DNA of 63,089 nucleotides, counting the filler. It is 5 parts of 5 records of this genome, joined end to end, with 100 filler letters (N's around TTAATTAATTAA, not from the genome) between each part and the next. Parts side by side here need not be neighbours in the genome. Positions count along the whole stretch, not along the records: positions 1 to 18,474 come from SRR31156797_2574; 4 more parts are not named here. The stretch is one strand, 5' to 3'. This document shows positions 1-8,765 of the stretch, one piece after another. How positions within the stretch are numbered: position 1 is the stretch's first letter; the number at the start of each line of letters is the position of its first letter. The translations under genes and the position numbers were made by a program. The notes beneath the pieces were generated by a model that was not told the origin of the DNA, searched no databases, and worked only from the letters and a program-made list of their open reading frames with translations.

Positions 1-22
1 GGGGATGTTTCATCATCTATTA

Positions 23-796
23 TTAGTCTCCGATAAGTTTACACAGTTGCAAAATATAACGCGTCAGGTCTTCCCGCACATGATTTGCGGTTTCATTGAC
101 CTCTTCGTGTGTCAAGGGTTGTTGCGAGATCCCTGCAGCCCAGTTTGTAGCGCAGGAAAAAGGAAAAACATTCATTCCATGCTCTCTGGCCCACATGATC
201 TCCGGCATAGTGGACATACCTACCAGATCACCGCCAAGAGAGCGAAAATAATCGATCTCGGCCGGTGTTTCATAGGATGGACCGGTAGTCCAGACGTATA
301 CGCCTTCGCCCAATTCAACATTTGACAATTCCGCAGCTTTAAATGCAATGTCCCTTTCACTTTCATTAAGAACAGCGGTACCGGCTTTCAAAGCCTGTGC
401 CTGCTTTGTCATGTCGATACAGTCTTTGATCAGTAGAATATCTCCGGGTTCATGATCTTTATTCATCAAGCCAGCGGCATTGGTGACGATCACTTTTTCA
501 ATACCGACAGCATGAAAACTTTTCATGATGGACAGAATGGTATCCAGATCGTAACCTTCATAAAAATGAAAACGGCCTTTTGCCGCCAGGATATTAACAC
601 CATCCGAGCTGCCCAGCACAAACGCACCTTCATGGCCGGAAACGGTGGACCTTGGAAATCCGGGGATGTCCGCATAGGACAAAGTTTTCTCGATCTTCAA
701 GGAATCGAGCAGATTATTCAATCCCGATCCGAGTACGATCCCGATCTTTGGTTTTGCATCGGAAAACTGTTCTTTAATAAAATCAAAATGGGTCAT
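23..796 (-). CDS. punA: Purine-nucleoside phosphorylase (trimeric PNP/MTAP family)
   Basis: Motifs IVLGSGL, GRFHFYEG, TNAAG, GPSYETPAE, VGMSTMPE, TN. Confidence 0.9.
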   Translation of the reverse strand: MTHFDFIKEQFSDAKPKIGIVLGSGLNNLLDSLKIEKTLSYADIPGFPRSTVSGHEGAFVLGSSDGVNILAAKGRFHFYEGYDLDTILSIMKSFHAVGIEKVIVTNAAGLMNKDHEPGDILLIKDCIDMTKQAQALKAGTAVLNESERDIAFKAAELSNVELGEGVYVWTTGPSYETPAEIDYFRSLGGDLVGMSTMPEIMWAREHGMNVFPFSCATNWAAGISQQPLTHEEVNETANHVREDLTRYILQLCKLIGD

Positions 797-801
797 ATGA
801 T

Positions 802-2064
802 CTATTTCTTGTTTAGAATATTTTCAATTTCATCCAGACCGGCTTCGATCTGGGCGTTTTCTTTCATGTTCTTCATACGGAGCGTTCCGCTTTCAAGTTC
901 CTGTTCACCAATAACGGTCACCCAACGTGCATTCTGCCTGTTAGCATCACGCATCATGGCTTTTACGGAACGGCGCATCAGTTCAACATGTACTTTAAAA
1001 CCTTTATCTCTCAGTTCATGGACTTTTGCTGAGATACCTTCAAGACAGGCAATATCCATGGGAGCAACAAACAGATCAACACTGCTTTGATCTTCATCGA
1101 AAAGATTCTCGGCATCCATGGCCAGTACAAGCCTTTCAACTCCAGCGGCAAATCCTACGGCAGGAGTTTGCGGACCATCCAGATCCGAAATAAGATTATC
1201 GTACCTGCCTCCCCCGCAAAGCGCGTCTTGAGCACCCAAAGCAGTGCCTTTGATCTCGAACGTGGTACGTGTATAATAATCCAGTCCACGTACAAGAGCA
1301 GGATTGATCACATAATCTATACCTGCCGCATCCAACAGTTTCTTCACCATATCAAAATGTTCTTTATCTTCATCAGACAGGTGGTCAAGAATAGATGGCG
1401 CATGCTTTTTCATGATCTCCTGACAACCAGGATTCTTGCAATCAAAAAGGCGCAAAACATTGCCGTCGAAACGTCCCTGACAGGTTTCGCACAGACCAGC
1501 TTTATGAGCTTCCAGATCTTTACGGAGCACATCCATATAAACTTTACGGGCTTCAATACTGCCGATCGAATTGATATGTAGTTCCCAATTCTTTAGACCA
1601 AGTTTTTTATATACAGATTGTGCAATATCGATCACTTCGGCATCCGCTTCAGGATGAGGTGAACCGATCAATTCAATACCGTACTGGTGAAATTGGCGCT
1701 GTCGTCCGGCCTGAGGTCTTTCCTGACGGAATAAAGGGCCAAAGTACCAGAGCTTGTGCAAAGATGATTCCTGCTGGTAGTTATGTTGAATATATGAACG
1801 GGCGACCGAAGCCGTCAATTCGGGACGTAAGGTCAGATTATCTCCACCCTTATCTTGAAAGGTGTACATTTCCTTACTCACAATATCGGAGAATTCACCG
1901 ACACCGCGGGCAAACAATTGTGTTTTTTCAAAAACGGGAGTTCTGACCTCTTTGCAGGCAAATGAAGAAAATACATCCCTGAGAACGTCTTCTATCTTTT
2001 GCCATTTATGAACATCCCAGGGTAAAATGTCATGGGTACCTTTAATGGTCCGTATCTTTTGCAT
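802..2064 (-). CDS. hisS: Histidine--tRNA ligase
   Basis: KGTHD, LRPELTAS, FRQERPQAGRQRQFHQ, LVRGLDYY, GGGRYD, GFAAGVER; C-terminal anticodon-binding domain. Confidence 0.98.
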   Translation of the reverse strand: MQKIRTIKGTHDILPWDVHKWQKIEDVLRDVFSSFACKEVRTPVFEKTQLFARGVGEFSDIVSKEMYTFQDKGGDNLTLRPELTASVARSYIQHNYQQESSLHKLWYFGPLFRQERPQAGRQRQFHQYGIELIGSPHPEADAEVIDIAQSVYKKLGLKNWELHINSIGSIEARKVYMDVLRKDLEAHKAGLCETCQGRFDGNVLRLFDCKNPGCQEIMKKHAPSILDHLSDEDKEHFDMVKKLLDAAGIDYVINPALVRGLDYYTRTTFEIKGTALGAQDALCGGGRYDNLISDLDGPQTPAVGFAAGVERLVLAMDAENLFDEDQSSVDLFVAPMDIACLEGISAKVHELRDKGFKVHVELMRRSVKAMMRDANRQNARWVTVIGEQELESGTLRMKNMKENAQIEAGLDEIENILNKK

Positions 2065-2076
2065 ATGTTTTCCTGT

Positions 2077-2301
2077 CTATACCATTCCCGCAATGGCATC
2101 CTGTGCCGTCTGCAGGTCTTTTTCTTTAACATATATGATCGTAAATGCGCCGGACGCGGCGTTCCCTTCCACGATCAGAGCAGATTGCATGATATCGCTT
2201 TTTGCACGGAAATGAATTCCCTTGTCTACTAAGACGGTTTTGACCATTTCAGCCAGCATATCATTTTGAAATTCAACCAGTTTTACTTCTTTTTCTTTCA
2301 T
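2077..2301 (-). CDS. Small hypothetical protein, DUF2007/PII-like signal-transducing type
   Basis: About 74 aa from ATG at 2301; pattern AEMVKTVLVDKGI...IYVKEKDLQTAQDAI resembles DUF2007; co-directional with hisS. Confidence 0.55.
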   Translation of the reverse strand: MKEKEVKLVEFQNDMLAEMVKTVLVDKGIHFRAKSDIMQSALIVEGNAASGAFTIIYVKEKDLQTAQDAIAGMV

Positions 2302-2425
2302 AAGCACTCACTTTTGCTATAAAATAAGTAAAAACACCCTAAAAATTCCCATAAAATATAAAATAAATTTTGTTAACAGCGAAATTTTTTAATATTTTTG
2401 AAAATAAAACTAAGCGAGGCTTAAA

Positions 2426-3310
2426 ATGAAAAGAATACTTTTTCCCATAATGATAGTGATACTTATTGCCAGCGTCTTTTCAGGCTGTGCCAGTACAACA
2501 CCACAACCGGCTGTTTCAAGTGAACCCATTGTCATTTCCAGCGACAATTCTAATATCACGCTTCTTGATCGCAAGATCGAGAATCTGCGCGATACCATGA
2601 CACTTGCATTTGCGTCCATGGACGAATATTATATCGCACGTACAACGAAGTTACGTGCCCAGCTTGACAGAATGGAAGCTGAGAATGATATTATGGAAGC
2701 CCAGAACGATACACTGGCCGGACTTCTATATGAGATGAACGGATATTTACAGAACTTGAATGATATGCCTATCTTCTTTGGATCCAAACCTGTTATCGCT
2801 GAACAGACAGTTGAGACCCCTGAGGAACTTGCCGAAGTTCTGCCCGAAGATGAAATGGAAGAAGTCATTGTAAAGCCGACCGTTATCGTCCCTCCTGTAA
2901 AGGTTAAAGAAGTTGTTAAAAAAGATGAATTCATGGAAGCTTATAAAGATGCTTTGAATAAATTCTATTATCAACGCTATAACGATGCTGTTGAGATTTT
3001 CGAAGGACTTATATCGGAAAAACCTAAACATTACCTTGCCGGGAACATTCAATACTGGATAGGTGAAAGTTATTACGCTCTACGTCAATACAAAAAAGCT
3101 TTCAACGCCTTTAACATGGTATTCAACACTAATGCTTTCGATAAATACGACGATACGCAGTTGAAACTTGGTTTCTGTTATTTCAAGATGGGCAAGATGC
3201 GCTCTGCTGTCGGCGAATTCCAGAATCTCCTCACATACTACCCGAACTCTGAACATGTAAGCATTGCGATCCGCCAGATCGGTATTATTGAGCAATACAC
3301 AGTGAAGTAA
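2426..3310 (+). CDS. Lipoprotein with coiled coil and C-terminal TPRs (CpoB/YbgF-like)
   Basis: Lipobox FSGC; coiled-coil segment; TPR motifs NIQYWIGESYY, QLKLGFCY, LLTYYPNS. Confidence 0.75.
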   Translation: MKRILFPIMIVILIASVFSGCASTTPQPAVSSEPIVISSDNSNITLLDRKIENLRDTMTLAFASMDEYYIARTTKLRAQLDRMEAENDIMEAQNDTLAGLLYEMNGYLQNLNDMPIFFGSKPVIAEQTVETPEELAEVLPEDEMEEVIVKPTVIVPPVKVKEVVKKDEFMEAYKDALNKFYYQRYNDAVEIFEGLISEKPKHYLAGNIQYWIGESYYALRQYKKAFNAFNMVFNTNAFDKYDDTQLKLGFCYFKMGKMRSAVGEFQNLLTYYPNSEHVSIAIRQIGIIEQYTVK

Positions 3311-3429
3311 GAGATCCTCTTTCGCTAAAGTACAGCCTTCGTAGCCAAAGCTACTTTGGCGTAGCAAGCCTATGGAGGACAGGCAAACTCCAAGAAACAA
3401 ATAAAAATACAAGTTCCAAGATATAAAAT

Positions 3430-3457
3430 GCCCTGTCGTAAGACGGGGCTCTTTTTA
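3430..3457 (+). terminator. Intrinsic terminator
   Basis: GCCCTGTC-GTAA-GACGGGGC followed by a T-tract. Confidence 0.6.
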
Positions 3458-3460
3458 TAT

Positions 3461-3495
3461 CGTGAAACGTAAGATGTAAAACGTAAAACGTGGTG
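3461..3495. repeat. Degenerate heptamer tandem repeat (CGTRARA-like)
   Basis: cgtgaaa cgtaaga tgtaaaa cgtaaaa cgtggtg; the reverse-complement form recurs near 4386-4407 and 13911-13942. Confidence 0.6.
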
Positions 3496-3580
3496 ATTCG
3501 TGTTTTCGTGAACAAAATTGAAAACAACAGTCATCTCTTGCTTGGTTCGATATTTTATTTAATTAGGTCTGGAAATTTAT

Positions 3581-4249
3581 TTAAGATCGCGTTTTAATAA
3601 TAAATCCAAGTCCGATGTTATAACCATTATAATATCCATACGGGTAAAAATTAAAATCAACACCGGCAAATACGTAAACTGAACGAAAAATAAGATCAGC
3701 CTGTAATGTGCAAATGCCTAATAATGGTATAGGAGATTGAGAGTAAGAATGGGCTACAGTACTATTTATGATCCTCTTCATGATACTTGTAGACACCGAA
3801 GGCACTATAGCTATTTTCTCATTCAAATTAAATTTATGATATAAATTAATTATAAAATTTGCTTCATGGATTTTTACCGTATCAATAGCACTTTCGGATA
3901 CTTCCACATTATTTGAATACATATATGATGTTCCTAAGGATACTGCTATAGGAAATTTATTTTGTTTTAGTAATAAGTAATTTAAACCACCACCAATAAA
4001 ATGGATATTATCCGTTGTATTAGTATATCTTAATCTCCATTGGAAGTAGTTGGCTGTGATGGTAAAACGCCCATTAAAGGTATAAGCGATCTCAGCGTCA
4101 TATTGATCGATAGGTAACGGCATATCCGTATATTTTCCCTGAAAATGGAAACCACTTTGATCATCCTGAAATAGATAATTCTGTGACATCACCGGAGTCA
4201 CACTCAATGTTAAAACCACTGCAATCAATAGAATAATTCGTTTATTCAT
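3581..4249 (-). CDS. Hypothetical exported protein, possible small outer-membrane beta-barrel
   Basis: Signal peptide, alternating hydrophobic/aromatic strands, C-terminal YNIGLGFII; visibly more AT-rich than neighbours. Confidence 0.6.
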   Translation of the reverse strand: MNKRIILLIAVVLTLSVTPVMSQNYLFQDDQSGFHFQGKYTDMPLPIDQYDAEIAYTFNGRFTITANYFQWRLRYTNTTDNIHFIGGGLNYLLLKQNKFPIAVSLGTSYMYSNNVEVSESAIDTVKIHEANFIINLYHKFNLNEKIAIVPSVSTSIMKRIINSTVAHSYSQSPIPLLGICTLQADLIFRSVYVFAGVDFNFYPYGYYNGYNIGLGFIIKTRS

Positions 4250-4336
4250 TAGAGATCCTTTTTACAATATCTTTAATTTAGTACTTTTAAGTTGAAATAA
4301 TAATAACTTATACAAAAATATTCATACACAAACAAA

Positions 4337-4366
4337 AGAGACGCCCCTTAGCTTCAGGGCGTCTCT
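4337..4366 (-). terminator. Intrinsic terminator after the PorV/PorQ-family gene
   Basis: AGAGACGCCC...GGGCGTCTCT stem, followed by a T-rich tract on the minus strand. Confidence 0.65.
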
Positions 4367-4408
4367 ATATTTTACATATATTCGTCTTACGACGTTTTAC
4401 ATCTTAGG

Positions 4409-5419
4409 TTAAAAGTCCAATCCGATCGTGAACATGTTCACATAACCGAGGTCGCCGTAGGAAACAAAGGCATAATCAAATTGAATGCCTGTTGAGGATG
4501 TCAGCATATATTTCATGCCCAAGCCGGCTGTCAAACCGCCAGCTCGTTCATCCATGAACAAGGTCCGGAATCCGGTACGAAGGTACAGCATTTTCCATAA
4601 AGCCAATTCAGTACCTACATTGACGTATTCGGTATTATCGCTGGGATGCAGGGCATCAATAGCCCATGTCCACTTGAGATAGCCACGGTCAATGAAATCG
4701 CCTGAGAGGCCGACTCTGAAGGTCAGAGGCAATGCCCAGCTGTCCAATTCGTAGTTAGCCGGGATATGATCGTTATTTCCATACATTTCTTCGTCGGGAT
4801 CTTCGTAGAACCTTACATCGCGGCCGTTAAGCTGCATGTATCCGCCGAAGTTGGAAATTGACATACCCAATCTGATATCTTTGAAAGGTGTAGTGAACAA
4901 AGCACCGATATCAAAAGCAACCGTAGATGCACTCATATGCCAAATAGACTGTTGGATAAATTTCACCTGGCCACCGATGGAAAATCGATCGGTAAGATTA
5001 TTTGCATATGCAACAGCCAAATTAAAATCCTGAGCAACAAAGAATTCACCTGTTCCATCGGGTTCATATTCTGTCCGAACGGGCATTTCACCGTAATTCA
5101 GCATGGTCAGCTGAACTCCAACTGCTCCCATACGGCCAAGATCAACCGCTGCAGCTGCGTTAAAGAATTCAGTATCTACCAACCAATTAGATTGGGAGAA
5201 AGCTGCAGTTTGAGTTCCATATTTTGACAAACCGGCCGGATTCCACTGCAAAGCAGAAAGTCCTTCAGGATTTGCAACGACCGCCTCACCCATTCCCATG
5301 GTTCGGGCCTGAGTACCGATCTTCAGGAACTGAGCTGCAGATGTTCCGGATTTCGTTGTTGCGAACGCTTGCCCAAAAGCAAGGATCAAACTTAGAGTGA
5401 TTATTATGTATTTTCTCAT
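4409..5419 (-). CDS. PorV/PorQ-family outer-membrane beta-barrel (FadL-like)
   Basis: Signal peptide; FLKIGTQARTMGMG, WNPAGL, LPLTFRVG, FDYAF; terminal Phe. Confidence 0.85.
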   Translation of the reverse strand: MRKYIIITLSLILAFGQAFATTKSGTSAAQFLKIGTQARTMGMGEAVVANPEGLSALQWNPAGLSKYGTQTAAFSQSNWLVDTEFFNAAAAVDLGRMGAVGVQLTMLNYGEMPVRTEYEPDGTGEFFVAQDFNLAVAYANNLTDRFSIGGQVKFIQQSIWHMSASTVAFDIGALFTTPFKDIRLGMSISNFGGYMQLNGRDVRFYEDPDEEMYGNNDHIPANYELDSWALPLTFRVGLSGDFIDRGYLKWTWAIDALHPSDNTEYVNVGTELALWKMLYLRTGFRTLFMDERAGGLTAGLGMKYMLTSSTGIQFDYAFVSYGDLGYVNMFTIGLDF

Positions 5420-8400
5420 TTTATCACCGCGAATTTACCAGTTTTAGTTCCCAATCCCGATTCACCGGCGTCGACCTGCCATAGGTAAACACCGAATGCA
5501 ATATCCGAATTGTCTTTATTCAGAAGATTATAAGCTTCCGAACCGTCGAACATAGCCTGATTCAAGCTTTCGCCGGAGTTATGTTCAATGGTTTTGACAT
5601 GTTCACCGCTGATCGTATAGATCTTAATGGTACAGACCGGTGGCAGATTGGTAAAATATACCCTGCGTTCACCACGTCCGGAAACATATCCGTTTGACGG
5701 TTCCCAGATCGCTTGTGCGCAATAGGGATTCGGTACGACCGTAATGGCAGACAGAGGATCATCAAGTTCAGTCGGATCATAACTTGCTTCTTGAGTTGCA
5801 AAATTGATCGTATCAGCTTCACTGAAGGGACGATTCAAGCTGATCTTGTAAATGTCACCATCCTGAGGCATGATCGTATCGCCGCTTGTCGGATAACTGA
5901 ACCAGATACGCCATACGGCATAATCCATGGACGCAACTGCTTCACTTAAAATAAAGATATCTGAATCTATTGTATAATTACCACCATCATGGGGTGATAT
6001 ATAGATCGGAGCTTCCGTTGTATCCAACATATCGTAGATCTTGAAAGGCGCATGTTGATTGAAAGCTGTATTTTCACTTGAGTATGATTCATTCCAAACC
6101 AACTTATAATCATGATCGTATATATCATCGGATTCTTGAGTAATACTGGGTGAAAGTGTTGATTCACTGCCAATCCAGCCACTTTTTTGTGTATTTCTTT
6201 CAAGATCATCATTCTGTATATACAATTTCATACCGTCAAATACCGGCATACCGTCTTCTTTATTCATGTATGCGCTTCTGTAGATCGGTTTATAATTAAA
6301 TGTCAGAAAAACCGTATCATTTAAGAGGCTGGCATCGAATTGAATTCGTCCGATACCTGCATCAACATTATAAAGAGAAGCTGATATTTCAGTACCGAAT
6401 TCATCATATGCTTTCACATTTGATACCTGGGTCTTGTTCATCTGGATCCAGAGAGTTGAAATAACTTCCACTGTATCACGGAATACCGTTGTCAAGTCAG
6501 TAACGGACATTTCAATCTCACCCGCGACTCCGGTATTTTCAAAGGTCATTTCATACTCCATGCCTTCTTTAACCGATACCATATCAACGAATTCAATATC
6601 AACATCACCTGTACCAAAGGAGCATTTTGAACGGTCGAATGATCCATTGAACAATGTCGGAGCTTGTAAACCGGGAGATACTCTTTGAGGAGTAGCCATA
6701 CCGGTGTTATCATCAAGTCTGATCTCTTTCGTATAGGGGTCCTGATCAATGATCTTGGTACATTCTGTCGGTGTTAAATTATGTATACCACTTGTATCAC
6801 CGATATCATATGAACAGACTGCATAGTAATATGTAACACCGTTCACCAAGCCGGAATCAACATATTCATGGACCAATCCGTTATCCGTACCCAGATCATA
6901 GTGAACTCCACCATTCCCGACTGCTGCGGGACCTGCTATACCATCATCAAGATCGAATTTTGCGATCGGTTTATGTAAAGTCGGTACACCGTAGGCATTC
7001 GTGATAGTCAGGCATTCATTGAAACCCGGATCAGTTGAACGATAAATAGCGTATCCTTCAAAGTCGTAACCGAACAATGGATCGTATGATAATTCTGCAT
7101 TGTCATCCCAGTATAAGGAAACTTTACCGTCTCCCGGAACAACCGTTAATTTAGGTTTGTATGGTGAAACGGCAAATTGATAGCCGTTATCATAGATAGT
7201 TTGAACAGTGGTTGCCGTTTCATAAAGATCTCGTTTATCAACACCCATCAGCAATGCGATGGAGAAACGCTGTGTATCCCCTGCCTTTAAAGGAAAATAA
7301 CCGGTTCCATAAAGGAAAATATTATCAGCTCTTTGAGTGATCTCCGTGTTATCATCTGTCAAAGGTACTTCCGGGGTCATTTTTGCCCACATGGCATTGT
7401 CATATCGAATACCGCTTGCACCATATTCAAAAGCATCAAAACTTGTCAATCCGATCTGATCGGCTTCATCAAGGTCAGTTTCATCAAAATTGGGTTCACC
7501 GGGTTTGGTAGGATCTTCAGGATCACCTGCTGTAGGCATGCCGTCTCCCTCACCCAAGTCCGGACCCGGATAACCCGGATCAAGAGGACCCAAGCCATCC
7601 TGGCCAACGTCATCGCTGTCGATATTCCAGTCACCATCATTATCAATGCCATCTTGCATAGATTCATCAACAAGGCCGTCACCGTCATTATCGATACCGT
7701 CATAAGGGTTACCGGGAGATTCAAGGAAAGTATAACCCAAATAACCTGTTACACCGTTCCAATCACCTCTGTTATCACCATCATAACCGTAAACCATATT
7801 TAATTGGTTATCAAAGTAGGCCATATCGTCGGAATAGTCATTGCTACCACCAATATGCGGATCACCGAACATACCGAAAACAACTTTTTCATAATCGTTT
7901 TTACTTTCGTTCGTCACTTCGTAAACGAAGAATACCACATCACTGGCTTCGGGATTTGACCATTGGTATGCACGTACAACAACACTTAAGCCGGTACCGC
8001 CATAGGTCAATTTGATAGAATCACCGGGATCAACATCTTCGGGACGGAAGGGTTTGAAACCGGGATAAAATTCAAGATTGTATCTGTCATCCATTTCATA
8101 GTACATGGATTGATCTGCAGACGAAACACCTGCTTTATATGTACCCGGCCAGTTGTTGCCCCAAAGAGGATTCCATGTTTCGGATTTATGGGACATCGGA
8201 ATGCTTTCACTTTCCGGATTTCCGTAATCGTCCAGCGGTTCCCATCCCCAGCGCTTATTTGTGGGACTAACTTCATTCATCAGCACCCCACCACCTGATA
8301 ACAATCCATCGGTGACGATATAATATGTCTTGTCATAACCCGGGAGCGTATCAATCAGTTCTTTCATGCCTTCATCGCCGATATAGGCTTCATGCATGTA

Positions 8401-8745
8401 GTAACCATTCGTATCAACCGGTACTTCGACACCTACAAGTGGTCCGAATTCATAGGCATAACCATGAGCTGAATAGATCGGCCATTCCATTGATGGTTCT
8501 CTTGAAGGGTGACCGATAGAACCATAGTCAAAGACCAGGGTACGGATCTGGTTACCCGAAATGATCGCTTCGCGTGGAACGGGCCTGTCCTCATCTGTGA
8601 TCAGAGGTTGTTGCATGGCCTGCTGTTTTTTAAAATACATTTCTTTTTCGGTTCCTGAGGTGACCTTTACCGAAGGATCAAGTGCAAAAAGCACTGATGT
8701 CAGGAGCAATAAAGAAATGATGAGATATTTATTTATTAATTTCAT
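5416..8745 (-). CDS. Large secreted protein with Asp/Gly Ca-binding (TSP3-like) repeats, an FN3-like segment and a CTD-like C-terminus
   Basis: Signal peptide; DGIDNDGD twice; PGDGKVSLYW...DFEGYAIYRS...YYYAVCSYD; ends VVPNPY...FTNLP...TIKIYTISGE...GKFAVIK. Confidence 0.8.
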   Translation of the reverse strand: MKLINKYLIISLLLLTSVLFALDPSVKVTSGTEKEMYFKKQQAMQQPLITDEDRPVPREAIISGNQIRTLVFDYGSIGHPSREPSMEWPIYSAHGYAYEFGPLVGVEVPVDTNGYYMHEAYIGDEGMKELIDTLPGYDKTYYIVTDGLLSGGGVLMNEVSPTNKRWGWEPLDDYGNPESESIPMSHKSETWNPLWGNNWPGTYKAGVSSADQSMYYEMDDRYNLEFYPGFKPFRPEDVDPGDSIKLTYGGTGLSVVVRAYQWSNPEASDVVFFVYEVTNESKNDYEKVVFGMFGDPHIGGSNDYSDDMAYFDNQLNMVYGYDGDNRGDWNGVTGYLGYTFLESPGNPYDGIDNDGDGLVDESMQDGIDNDGDWNIDSDDVGQDGLGPLDPGYPGPDLGEGDGMPTAGDPEDPTKPGEPNFDETDLDEADQIGLTSFDAFEYGASGIRYDNAMWAKMTPEVPLTDDNTEITQRADNIFLYGTGYFPLKAGDTQRFSIALLMGVDKRDLYETATTVQTIYDNGYQFAVSPYKPKLTVVPGDGKVSLYWDDNAELSYDPLFGYDFEGYAIYRSTDPGFNECLTITNAYGVPTLHKPIAKFDLDDGIAGPAAVGNGGVHYDLGTDNGLVHEYVDSGLVNGVTYYYAVCSYDIGDTSGIHNLTPTECTKIIDQDPYTKEIRLDDNTGMATPQRVSPGLQAPTLFNGSFDRSKCSFGTGDVDIEFVDMVSVKEGMEYEMTFENTGVAGEIEMSVTDLTTVFRDTVEVISTLWIQMNKTQVSNVKAYDEFGTEISASLYNVDAGIGRIQFDASLLNDTVFLTFNYKPIYRSAYMNKEDGMPVFDGMKLYIQNDDLERNTQKSGWIGSESTLSPSITQESDDIYDHDYKLVWNESYSSENTAFNQHAPFKIYDMLDTTEAPIYISPHDGGNYTIDSDIFILSEAVASMDYAVWRIWFSYPTSGDTIMPQDGDIYKISLNRPFSEADTINFATQEASYDPTELDDPLSAITVVPNPYCAQAIWEPSNGYVSGRGERRVYFTNLPPVCTIKIYTISGEHVKTIEHNSGESLNQAMFDGSEAYNLLNKDNSDIAFGVYLWQVDAGESGLGTKTGKFAVIK

Positions 8746-8765
8746 TCTATATCCTCATTACCTGC

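Noticed and set aside
452-1946. Long plus-strand ORFs opposite punA and hisS (likewise opposite carAB, the ABC transporter, recN and scpA)
   Set aside because: Antisense shadows of well-supported genes.
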